A stretch of 63,348 nt of DNA, filler included, from Collodictyon triciliatum (Eukaryota), in assembly GCA_043381765.1 (NCBI GenBank). It is 9 parts of 9 records of this genome, joined end to end, with 100 filler letters (N's around TTAATTAATTAA, not from the genome) between each part and the next. Parts side by side here need not be neighbours in the genome. Positions count along the whole stretch, not along the records: positions 36,719 to 43,960 come from JBHJMP010003997.1; positions 44,061 to 51,294 come from JBHJMP010003998.1; positions 51,395 to 58,623 come from JBHJMP010004002.1; 6 more parts are not named here. One strand, written 5' to 3'. This document shows, in pieces, positions 43,491 through 55,297 of the stretch. A program made the translations under genes and the position numbers. The notes beneath the pieces are model-generated. The model made no database searches, had not been told where the DNA came from, and worked only from the letters and a program-made list of their open reading frames with translations. Each line of letters starts with the position of its first letter. The first letter of the stretch is position 1.

Positions 43491-44585
43491 GGCGAAGTCG
43501 ACTTTCTTGCTTTGTTTCAGGCGTGTGATTAATAGTATTGCTGTCCGCAAATGGATAACGTTGAACTATTTGGGTATGCTCGATTTTTTTCTTTTCAACA
43601 GTTTATTGAGAGAAAACAAAAGCCAAGGAAACCGCCTTCGCCTCTAGGACAACAAATGAGCTGTGGACAAGACAGTGGAAAACCCCGGATTGTGTGGTTG
43701 GATTTTTTGTGTTTTGGGTGGAAAGAAAAAAAGGAAAAGAAAAGGAGAATACGAAGTGAAAAAGGTGTTCTCACACGCAGACTATTCTACCCGAGGTGAA
43801 TCAGCTCCAACGCGATTTCTGGTTGTATTCGAGACTGACAGAAGAGCGGATAAAGTTGTCGGGTCGATAAAAATACGCACATGGCAGTAACTTCTCAAAT
43901 CGATTCCAACAAGACCTTTCAACCATCTATCTCAGACAAGATTTACATCCTTTTTTCATTNNNNNNNNNNNNNNNNNNNNNNNNNNNNNNNNNNNNNNNN
44001 NNNNTTAATTAATTAANNNNNNNNNNNNNNNNNNNNNNNNNNNNNNNNNNNNNNNNNNNNATGGGATGATGGGATGATGGGATGATGGGATGATGGGATG
44101 ATGGGATGATGGGATGATGGGATGATGGGATGATGGGATGATGGGATGATGGGATGATGGGATGATTGGTTGATTGGTTGATTGGACGATTGGACGGGTG
44201 GATGGATGATTGCCGCTGTTTTTTTGTTTTTTTTTAATGATAAGAAACCACGTTACTCAATAAAGCCCAAATTTTTTTTAAAAGGATTAGCATGAGAATA
44301 TAACAAAAAGTTTACCTTCTCACTTCTCTATTTAATGGTTCTAGGTCCAAAATTAATGTTACTTATATAGGTCTGTTGAATTGAAACCCTCGTACAAATA
44401 AATTGAACACCGATGCAAATTGAATAAATGAAAATATAAACATGTGGACAAATGCATAAAGAAATAAGGAGAAATAGATAAATACCTTCCAATTCCACAC
44501 GAAAAATGAGAATGAAATAAAAACCAAAACACAGAATTTATGAGCTAAAAAAATCGTGTCCATAAATATTTGTCAGAATAATTAC

Positions 44586-45105
44586 CTGTTTCGGCTTAAA
44601 GACCCGATAGTTTGTATGAATCACATATATTGAAATTCAAAATTAAATTCTGTTCGCTGCTTCACATAATCAAATCAATAAAGAATCAAATATGAAAGAT
44701 GGTTTTTATTCAACAGATTTATCATTTACAGTCTAAAAAATATCGGAAAGTGAGTAATTCAATATAATTTATATTCCCAAAATAATAAAGTACCATCTGA
44801 ATCTTATTTCGTTTAATGAGTACATCATAAAGAGAATATTTAACTTCATAAGACGAAAATCAAACCATCCGATGCTTTTAGGAGGGTTTAGAACGTAAGA
44901 ATTTTCATAAAAACACCATTTTCTATTCTAATTAAATATTAATTACTGCCTAAATAAAAGTTTGAGGTGAAAAAAAGTTTTTGCGCAGAAAAAATTAAAT
45001 TAAACACACATTCAAGATTTAAAAATATATGATACCAAATTTAGATTATACAAGTCTTACAATGTCAACCTATAAACCAATAATAGGAAAATATTTTGAT
45101 TAGAA

Positions 45106-45202
<97 letters not shown>

Positions 45203-48200
45203 GAAGCACTGACAAGGAAAAAAATTACCAAAATTATCTTGAAAAGATAAATAAGATAATAGTTATTAGTAAAAATGAAAAAACATACATGATTATCAAT
45301 CTTAATTAGTATTTAAAATTATTTACCGCCATCTTTTAAATAAAAGAATTAGTCTGATAGATATTTTAACAAATGAAAAAAAACAAAATTACTTGCTTTT
45401 TTAAAATTTTGGTAAGAAGTTGAAATATATTACTTTATCAGAAAAAATAAGAAAATTTTACATCCTAAAATTGATCGATGTTTAGAAAGACATAGTTGTG
45501 AGAATTTAATGACTTTAGGTCTTACGCCCTAATACAACAGACTCATTTTTAATGAAAATTTATTAACATTGAAAATTTGTAAAAATAATACAAATGATTC
45601 AAATTTAAATCCTCACTCCCTTAATTTCATAGATTGAATAAAATCATATCGAAGTAAAATCAAGAAATTAAGCGTTACATACCAGCTATGAGCGTTTTAG
45701 GTAATTATTAAAATTGTATTAATCATAGCCACTAGTTGGAAAATGTAACAAAAGCGTTACTTTCTAATAAAATGATTAAATTAAGACAAGAGGGTAAACC
45801 ACGAAACTTGGTATTCCAAAAAAATTACTCTCTGATTTTACGATCGCTGGTGTTAGATTTTTACTTGATTTCTAAATTAATAACATGAAATTTACTTGCT
45901 TTATGATTTACAATAGGATATGTAAATAGCCTCACATTTAAATGAAATTCATAAAAAAATTTACATTTTTTTTAAAAAAATCTTACAATCTTGAATTAAA
46001 AATTTGTATAAAAGACGTCAAAAAAGTCAATAAAATATAGAAAAATGTAATTAAATGCCTACATGCTAAAATTAATGTGATTAGATTTAATAATAGTGCA
46101 AAGAATTTTCCTTATTTATTCTGGTTACGTACCCCCTTTAAATATTAATTAAAAATTAATCCAGAATTTAATTATAATATATCTTGATATTTATTTGCCA
46201 AATAATTTATATAGTAAGTTACCATCTTTAAAAAGAAATTTAAACTCAATATAATTCCCATAATAAAATCGTTTTGAATTCTACATTATTCAAAATTATT
46301 ACCTCCTATTAATAATAAAATGATGAGAATTTCATTTACATTTTAAAATGATGCGCAAAAAGTCAAACTTACGATCTAGAAATAAAAAAAATTGAGTTAA
46401 AAGACGAAAACCTATAGCATTCATTTGGTGGAGAACTAACCTTATGGCCCTATAATTATCGATAAAATAAAAAGAAATTAGCCAAATTCAAAAGATGAGT
46501 ATCTTGAATACAAAATCATTATCATCGCCTTAAATTAATGAAATAAATTAATCATGTAATAATCTTATGTACAAGAAATTACCGGCTTATCATTATATTG
46601 TGATATTAAAATCAAATTATTATGAATCGAATAAAGGATAATTTCTTAAATCCAATCAAAATTTAAGAAAGCAGTTTAAAAACTAATTATACCCCCTTTA
46701 ATTTTTAAAATTTTGTTTAGAAGAATTGTATCAGTATACTTTTTTTTTCCTTTATTCGACTTTGTATCAGTATACTTAATTTCTGAAGAATATCAAAATT
46801 TTACTTCCTGACGAATCGTGATACGAAAAAATTCTTTTTAGAAAAAGTTATGTTTGTGATTCTAATTTTCGAAAAAATTATTACCCACTTTATGAAACGG
46901 AGATAGTTCATTATTTAAAAAAATCAAAGCATTTACTCTAATTAACTAAAAAATTTCATACAGCCTTTTGAAAATCAAGTAAAAATCAGTAATTACCCCA
47001 TAATATGCTTTTGAATATTAATGAATACTTACAAACTGATTTTTTTATTTTAATTAAGAAAAATATGTGTCTATGCGTGTCTTATATCAAAAAAGATTAC
47101 CTCCTTACAAAAATTAGGATTTTTAGAATAATTATATAAAATTCAATATCTCGATGATAGAATAAAGACAAACCCACTAATGAACAAAAGAATTGTAAAA
47201 ATTCAAATCAATATATTCCACTGTAATTAATTTTCAAGAAATTTGATTAATATTACTTGCTATTGAACACAAAAATAGGGGTTTTTGTTTTATAAATAAG
47301 TTGTGGATATTTACTCAATTGATTAATGATACATATGTATAAAACTCACGTACTATATTTAATTTTTTAAATAATCAGTGCATTTCAAAAAAGACAAAAA
47401 TTAATGAAATACACTTACATTCTATTTCGATAGAAATTCAAATAATTAATCTAATAAAAGCAAATACTGATCGCATGCATTCATGCAATAATACTATTGA
47501 TACAACCCTTACCCTCTTAAATATAAAAATAAATTACATCCTTGAAACGATTAATGGTATTATAAAAGTCTTTTTACTTCCTGAAAATTATTAAACTTTT
47601 TTAATGATTCTGTTTCCTTAACAATCTTATATGTGATGTTTATTACAACCTAAAAATATTACTAATTTTAATATGATACAATCAATTTGTAATTTATTTT
47701 AACAAGATAATTTTATATTTAAATATATTACACTCTTTATTTAGCGCTATATTAGTTTTAATTCTGATGTTGAATTTAAAAATAAAGACAAAAAACCTCC
47801 TTTTGTAATAGACAGATTGATAATTTTATAATAAATCAAAGTAATGAGTATTAATGACTTCAATTTTTTACACTAATATTACTATATTCGTTGTCTATAT
47901 CAATATTTTATATAATTTTTGCATTATATCCTTACGATCTTTCATGTTATTAACCATATAATAAGTAAAATATACAATATTCATTCGATGCCAAACTATT
48001 TGAAAGTTTCAAAGAAAATACTTGCTTCAGTTTTATTGTTTTATAAAGAAAATTTACTTTTTTCCCTATATTAAATCTTTCCAATTACACGGATTATAAA
48101 AAAGACAAGAATACGTCATACTTACAGTTTTGGTTCCCTCCTATTAGTTTTCATTGTTCAAATCAGTAAAGCTAGTTAAAATATCAATTAATTTTGTTTA

Positions 48201-48992
48201 TTATGAATAATGAAAGAAACGAGATAAATAAAATGGACTTTAAATGATTTATGAAATTTTATATCATGACAAGCTATTACCAACTTATAATGATAATTAA
48301 TTTTGTTAAAATCAAATAGCCAAACGAATATTTAGTCTTTATAAATATGAAATAAAATGATTTAATACAATCTTAAACGGATAAGTATTTTTATTTTTCA
48401 GAATTTTTTTTAATATTTTATTGTTCAGAAACTTTTTATGTTATTCTGAGGATGTTCAATATGATAGCGGTGTTAAAAACATGTTTCATTATTTTCAAAA
48501 GCGACCTACCTGCTTATTCTATTTTTAGATATGAATTAAAAACCTTTACAAATTAGTTTGAAGCTTTATATATTTTATATTAAGTTACCCTCTATTTCAA
48601 TATATAAAATATTTTTAGCATAAAAAAGATACATTTCATCTTACAAATTTTAAAAAATTCTCCCTATTTTTCACTTTTGTAAATAATCACTAATTTTATA
48701 TTAAAATAATATTTAAAATTACAATCTATTTCATAAAAGCGGAGCTTTAGTTAAAATATGCATAAAATTGAAAAAATCATGTTCAATCAGATTTGTCTAC
48801 TCTCTAATTATTAAAAAAATTTTTACATTTAGTTTAAAAAATTATCGCAATAATGCACAAGCATATTAATATAATTGTTTAAAGATTCAAAAATTGCATT
48901 ATTTTGTTCTCTTTATACTTACGTACTAACGAGAGCGTCTTATTAAAAAATTATTACAATAATTTATTTGTTCATAATAATGTACTCACTTC
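44586..48992 (-). CDS. Micro-exon array: about 42 three-nt exons plus 6-15 nt exons forming the 3' part of the TRIM-like gene
   Basis: Regularly spaced AG|NNN|GT units on the minus strand with mostly 60-110 nt introns. None of the triplets is a stop. The array continues from a phase-0 donor at 49056. Confidence 0.8.
46726..46777 (-). mobile_element. Micro-retroposon scar, family A, in a micro-exon intron
   Basis: 16-bp direct repeat TTGTATCAGTATACTT flanks AGTCGAATAAAGGAAAAAAA (minus strand). Confidence 0.8.
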
Positions 48993-49056
48993 CTGAGAGT
49001 GAAATATTGATTCATTTTTTATTTTTCTAGTATGTAATGAATATATTACAATTTAC

Positions 49057-50823
49057 ATCTTGGATGCCCTGTAAAAGACTTTTAAAAAGGTCTCCCATGT
49101 CAAGTTTATCCTCTTCAGTCAATTTATATGTGTCCATTAAGTTCTTCAATCCAAGAACTTGTTTGCGTAAGGTACTATATTCAATTCCCTCCTTGGACTT
49201 TTTCGTGTTTACTAGCTTCAAGCTCTCTTTGATTTCCTTAATCGATTGATTAAATGTTTCCATGGCTTTGATTTTTTCGGAGGAATTTGCTACATTTTCC
49301 GTCATTCTCACACCAGGAACAAAAAAGAATGTTGGCACCGCAGCAGGAAATTTTTCAAATAGCTCAGGAATATCAGGAATCATCTTTTTGGAAAGATTAT
49401 CTGATACGTTTCTTGCTAAAGCGAGCTTAATAGGTGAATTTTGCTCCTTTAAAGTGCTAACTGATTGTTGAATAAGCTCCAAAGAATAGCTTATATGTTT
49501 TTCCATGTATTCCAAGTACTCTTGATAATACGAACAAGGTCTTTGGGCGATGTCATGAAACGTGGTAATCTTTGAAAAGATTTTTAAGATTAGTTGTAAA
49601 TTTTTGATAGAAATTCCTTTTGATTCATATCGTATGGATTTTATATAATGGACGGATTATGAAAGATTATGAGTGGAGTAAAATATGCCATTTTCACCTT
49701 ATCCATGTATGTTTTCTCTTCGTCATCGATCATTTTCCTCGCGAAATTAAACTCCATAGAAGCTTTCTTCTTCAGGTCAAATACGTATTTTTCGATCTAT
49801 TTTACCAATTTTTTTTTATTTCTCTGATAGATTTTACAAGATATGAAAATTGAATGCTCACGTTGGCTCTCTTTTTTTCGATGTTTCTCTTGCAGTTTTC
49901 GATGCTTTTTCCCAATTCTTCGATCTTATTCCTATTGATCTCTAGATGCTGACAGATTTTTTCCGTCCCATTCTCATAGGTTTCGTGGTCGTGTAATTTG
50001 TGCTCTCTCAAATGTGGACCGACACACGCGGCGCATAGAAAAGGATTATCCATGTTTTCCAACGTGCAGAATTCGGTGAATGGGCTTTGGTGTTGAGAGC
50101 AAGCTGTTTCGAAGGCTATCAGATTGCTTCTGACAACATCCCTTGTAACAAAACCAATTTGCATTATGTTGATTTTTCTTTGGAAAATAGAATGAATGGG
50201 TTTCCATTTTTTAAAATATATATATCTTTTTCGTTTCATATTTTCTTATATTGTAGTTATTTATATAATGACCCATCATGGCAAATGTTACTCAAATTGA
50301 AACTGATTGGTATATTATGAGAAAGAATAAAAGTAATTAGAACTATTTTGATATAATCATATTTGAGTAACCTTAGCCTGTGTTTTTTCATCACTTTTGC
50401 TGTTTCATGAGCAGAGGCACACTCTTGACAAATGTGTCCACATCCGTCTTCACAATATTTGGTTGCCTCACTATCAACATGCTCGTCACAATTGAACGAA
50501 AAGAAAGCAGACGCATCCTGTTTTGATTCTCGAAATTCGATCAAATCAAGGACATCTTCTGATTTCGGCATACTTGTTGGATTTCCGGCAGTAAGTCGAA
50601 AGGGAGTATCGCATATGAAGCAAGTCGATTTTGTTCCCTTTCTTATATCCGTGGGGTCTACGTAAGTTCGGCTCATATTCGAAATGCACTCCGTGCAATA
50701 AACGTGTTTGCAAGGAAGGACGCGTGGATCGGAAAACGTCTTCCCACAACCGGGGCATGCACATTCGATTTTCAACCCTTTGTAGGTTTGGCGTCCTCTT
50801 GGACTGAGCAGATGACCGTCCAT
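49057..50823 (-). pseudogene. TRIM/RBCC-like E3 ligase N-terminal part (RING, two B-boxes, coiled coil); this copy carries lesions
   Basis: RING CPGC..PRVLPCKHVYCTEC..CFIC, B-box CDEH..YCEDGCGHICQECASAH..H and second B-box CSQH..FC..LCAAC..H, then coiled coil. There is a frameshift in an A9 run (49809-49817) and an in-frame TAG (49797-49799). Confidence 0.8.
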
Positions 50824-52179
50824 ACCAGTATGTGAAGATTTTTCTAATTGATCATGTATGAAAATTACGTGTTCCCGGTTATTTTTATTCTTGATGTCAT
50901 TTTCTTTATCGATATTCCTTCTCTTTCTCTAACATTTTATTTTTATCATTTAATATTTTATATCTTCTTTTGAATCTATCCTTTTTTTCCTCGTTTATCG
51001 TCCTTTCTTTTCTTTTTTCTTTCTTTCTTTTTTCCTTGTTTATTTTGCTTTATTTTCATTTCTTTCTTTCTTTGTTTTTATTTCTTGTTTTTTTCCTTGT
51101 TTCTTTTATTTTTTTTATTCACGACAGACTTAGCTGTTGGCGCCCGTGCCAACAATCTTTTTCTTTTTCATCTTTGCTTTATTTTCATTTCTTTCCTTTT
51201 CTTTCCTTTTTCTTTCCTTTTTCTTTCCTTTTTCTTTCCTTTTTCTTTCCTTTTTCTTTCCTTTTTCTTTCCTTTTTCTTTCCTTTTTCTTTCCNNNNNN
51301 NNNNNNNNNNNNNNNNNNNNNNNNNNNNNNNNNNNNNNTTAATTAATTAANNNNNNNNNNNNNNNNNNNNNNNNNNNNNNNNNNNNNNNNNNNNTTTCTT
51401 TTCTTTTCTTTTCTTTTCTTTTCTTTTCTTTTCTTTTCTTTTCTTTTCTTTTCTTTTCTTTTCTTTTCTTTTCTTTTCTTTTCTTTTTTCTTTCCCTTTC
51501 TTCGGTTTCATTCAGCCTGTTTATGGATAAACTTCATTACAAAGGTTGTGATGAACTTGGTTTTATCCCTTTCAAGACACAACACTTTTTATACAAAGAA
51601 AGTGTACCAATATATAGCAATTTATTGCACAGACAACCATCGAATTGAATCCAGATTGACAAAAGCAAGTTTTGATGAACTCAGGAAAGAACCTGTATAA
51701 TATAATAGTATGATTAGTGTATATAATAAACTTAGAAAATACTTAATAATCTCATTCTATTCCTGTAATAAATTTATGTTTTATTTTCCATTATGTAATA
51801 TCACTATAATTAGAATTCAAAAAATTCAAAAATTGCGTTGGCCCAGACAGAACCCAGCCTACAAACCTGCCACCAAACATACATTTCAAAAAAGTATACT
51901 ATCCACACTTGCAGCGGCAATCATGTTGTTTGGGGCCGATATGTTGACTTTCAGTCGCAATGGCAAAACAGCTGTCATTTCGAACTCGCCAATCGGCTCT
52001 CAGCATCTTGTCTCAATCACTTATAAAAAACTTGATGTGTTTGTTTGCCAAAATGCGCACATTTTGAAAGTCTCGATAGATGCTTAATTTTACATAAATT
52101 GATTGTATGCAGTTTTTTTTTTAAAAAAAAAATTGGCTGATTGACTTAAGTTTTACTAAAATTGAAAGCTCGGTAGTTC

Positions 52180-54060
52180 TCTAAAGGAAAAAGTAAAACA
52201 AAGACTTTCAGGTGAAGAAAAGAAAATGTCTTGAGTTTGAGAATCTAAAGTCTGTAAAATCACTATCGAAATGTGAAAACATCTCTAAAGTCGATTGTAA
52301 AGAACGCAGATGACTGTAACAAAATCAACGATACGGTTTTATTGTGTCATACCTTGGTTACCGACACTTATCTGTTTGCAAGATGTTACATATTGAAATC
52401 ACAACAACTCCCAACAATCGATGAAATGTTTTTTTTTATACGCTTTGAAGACAGTTGGAATAGTTTCACATGATAGACCCGCATGATTTAAAAAACCAGA
52501 TATGAGTAAAGACATGATGACTTTTTATCTCAATATTTTTCGATTCCTTTTGTCCCGAGAAGAATGCTTTCCGTTGGTTGGACTGTCTCATGTATTACCG
52601 TACTTGGCGAAACAAGTGCTAACAACCTATCGTAACATTAAGGAGCATTTTGTAAAGAGGTTACTGCGCTTTATAAATCAAACAGTTCCTAAAGATGAGG
52701 ATATTACGGAATCTATTAAAAATGCAGAGTTACGAAAGTTAAAAGAAGCCATCGTCAAAAATCTCGAAATACCGGAACAATATAAAGAATGGGCTACAAC
52801 GCATTTGCATCATATCATTCCCAGCGATATTGTAAATGGTATCGAATATTACGCCAAAGGCAATCCAAACAAGTACATTTCATGTCTGATTTACATGAAT
52901 CCCATTTTTGAGGACATTTGAACCAAAAACTGTTTCAACCAATCTCTATAAAAACAAACGATATACCATGTCATATTACTCTAGATACTGCATATTTGAT
53001 AGATGTATTAGTATTTATGAAAAAATAACATTATTACTGAAGAATATATCAGGATGCAAAGAGACATATGGGATTATTTCTTTGAAATGAAGAGGAGGTC
53101 TTTCATCAATGAGACTACACTTTTACATACACGATACAAACAGACAGCTTGGCGGTGTCATTATTGTTTGAAAAGAAAGGTATTTCAAATTCAAGAATCA
53201 AATATAACCAAAAAAAAACCACAAGAATGTGTCTATATAGATGAACTTTCCGAAGAGCAGTTATCATTATTAGCGACAAAAAATAGTTTGAGTGGACGCA
53301 GGTAAGTTTAATTTTGTTTACACGGTAGATGAGAAAGGTAAGAAATTATGTTACACGGCACACCAAAGATGAAATGATAGCAAATCTTTTAAAAATCACA
53401 AAATACTCTTACGAGAAAAAAGAAAAGTACAATGCTTCAGGGATATGCATGGCAACAGGTTTACAAAGTGCTGTTTCTTTTGGTCTCATGACTTTTGAAG
53501 AGAATCAGCGGTTTGAGACATCAAGAGTATCTTAAATCGTTTTAGAGACAGAACGGATTAAACATAATTCATGCACAGTCGATGATGAAAAAATTCGAAA
53601 ATATGTATCTATGAAATCAGGATACCAGATGGAATTTTCCAGATTTTATGGACAAGTAACATTTCGAAAGATGAGATGGAGGCAGAATGTTAATACAAAA
53701 AGAAGTGAACAGTTGTTTATGGACTGAATCGAAAAGACATTAGGCAAGGATATTGTACTGGCGTATGGAGACTGGAACAGAAAATCTCCGATGAACCATT
53801 TTACGCCAACAATTGTAAGCGGGTTACGAAAAATACTATCCAAACGTTTTGGAACAGTTCGTGTAAATGGATTTAGAACCTCCAAGATGTGCTGCAACTG
53901 CGAAAAAGAACTGGAATATATGAAGCCGAAAGGAAATTCAAAAAAATGTGTTTAGATGTCTCATATGTAAAGAATGCAACCGCTCAGAAAGCAAACAAAG
54001 TGTATTCTTGACAAGGGACTATAACAGCGCTAATAATATACCCAAGCAAGTTCTTTTAAT
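52180..54060 (+). mobile_element. Decayed Fanzor (eukaryotic TnpB-related RNA-guided nuclease), Fanzor1-like
   Basis: Across frameshifts: KTSLKSIV, NIKEHFVKRLLRFIN, IQTDSLAVSLLF, IV*VDAGK (RuvC-I), FRKMRWR, LAYGDW, NGFRTSKMCCNC, CKEC and TRDYNSANNI (RuvC-III). Intronless. Confidence 0.85.
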
Positions 54061-55297
54061 CCTTCAAAAAATGCACACACCTTTCCTCAAAAATAAAAAA
54101 ACAGACTGTTGGGTCTTTCCAGGCAGCCTTCCCACTACACGACCATTGTGAAAAAAGTGGCGAGACCTTGGATACAAGCGGAACAGAGAAACCAATCTTT
54201 CGAAAGATGGTATACCCCTTCTGGTATGGAATATAATAAAAATTATTTTTACTTGTCTATTTTTGAGTATTGATGTTTATTTTAGTATTTCATTTATAAT
54301 ATTAATAACAACAATCTCATGATTTTGGGTAATCATGTCATTTAATCGAAACTAATAACTCCGCATTTATAGGCTGTGGACAAAACTTCGGGTTCGTGAA
54401 AGAGCGAAATCATACCAAAATTTATTTCCACAAAAGGACCAACGGATATTTGTTAGAATCTCAACCCCCGGTCGCTCGACCTTGTCATGTGGAAAGAAAC
54501 AAGGCGAAGCGTGTGATCAGTCCAACAAAAGACTCCCAGACGGAAGTGCCCTGAAGAAAAGCATGAAGCCTTCAATAGATGATGCGAACAACCAGACTCA
54601 ATTGTCCATTCATTCCCATATATATCTATAGGATCAGTGGGTTTGTTTTCACTAGTGATTCGGTGAGACTGATCCGATCGCTTCAAACAGGGCCTGATAA
54701 AGCCAGACGCTCAGTAAGTGCCTGCAGCTGTTGTTAGATGGAGGTAGGAAAATGTTACAGGACTTGTTTTTTTTTTTTTTTTTTTTTGTGCCCTGCTATA
54801 TCAAGAGAAGAAATTAACAAACATTCAAAGATTATACCAATAACCAAAACAAACAAGCAAACAGTAAAGAAACAAAGAATTAAAGAAATAAATTGCAAAA
54901 TAAAAATGAAAATAGTTGGATGAATAGATAAATAAAGTAAAACGAGAACACCATCATAATAGTGAACAGTTAAAAATAAGAGATAAAGGGAAATAATTGT
55001 GACTCAATAATTTCATTCATGCGCTCATATTCCCTCCGGTCCAATAATACTAAGACTACCGAGTCAAACTCTACACCACCTTTCTCAATTATAAGTTTTC
55101 TACTTATTCACTCGCCTTCATTCATGTGACATCAATTGTAAATAACTCAGAACTACCTAAATATTTATATCTCAAAGGCTAAATTTAAGACGAAAACATA
55201 ATCATAGAAGAGCAGAGATAATGGGAGCTTATTGGATATTATCTTATAAAATACCCTTTTTTTTTAAAAAAAAAACAAACAAACAAACAAACAAACA

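Noticed and set aside
44061-44170. (GGGATGAT)n at contig start as a telomere
   Set aside because: The G-rich strand points inward, the wrong orientation for a left telomere, and most contigs here break at simple repeats.
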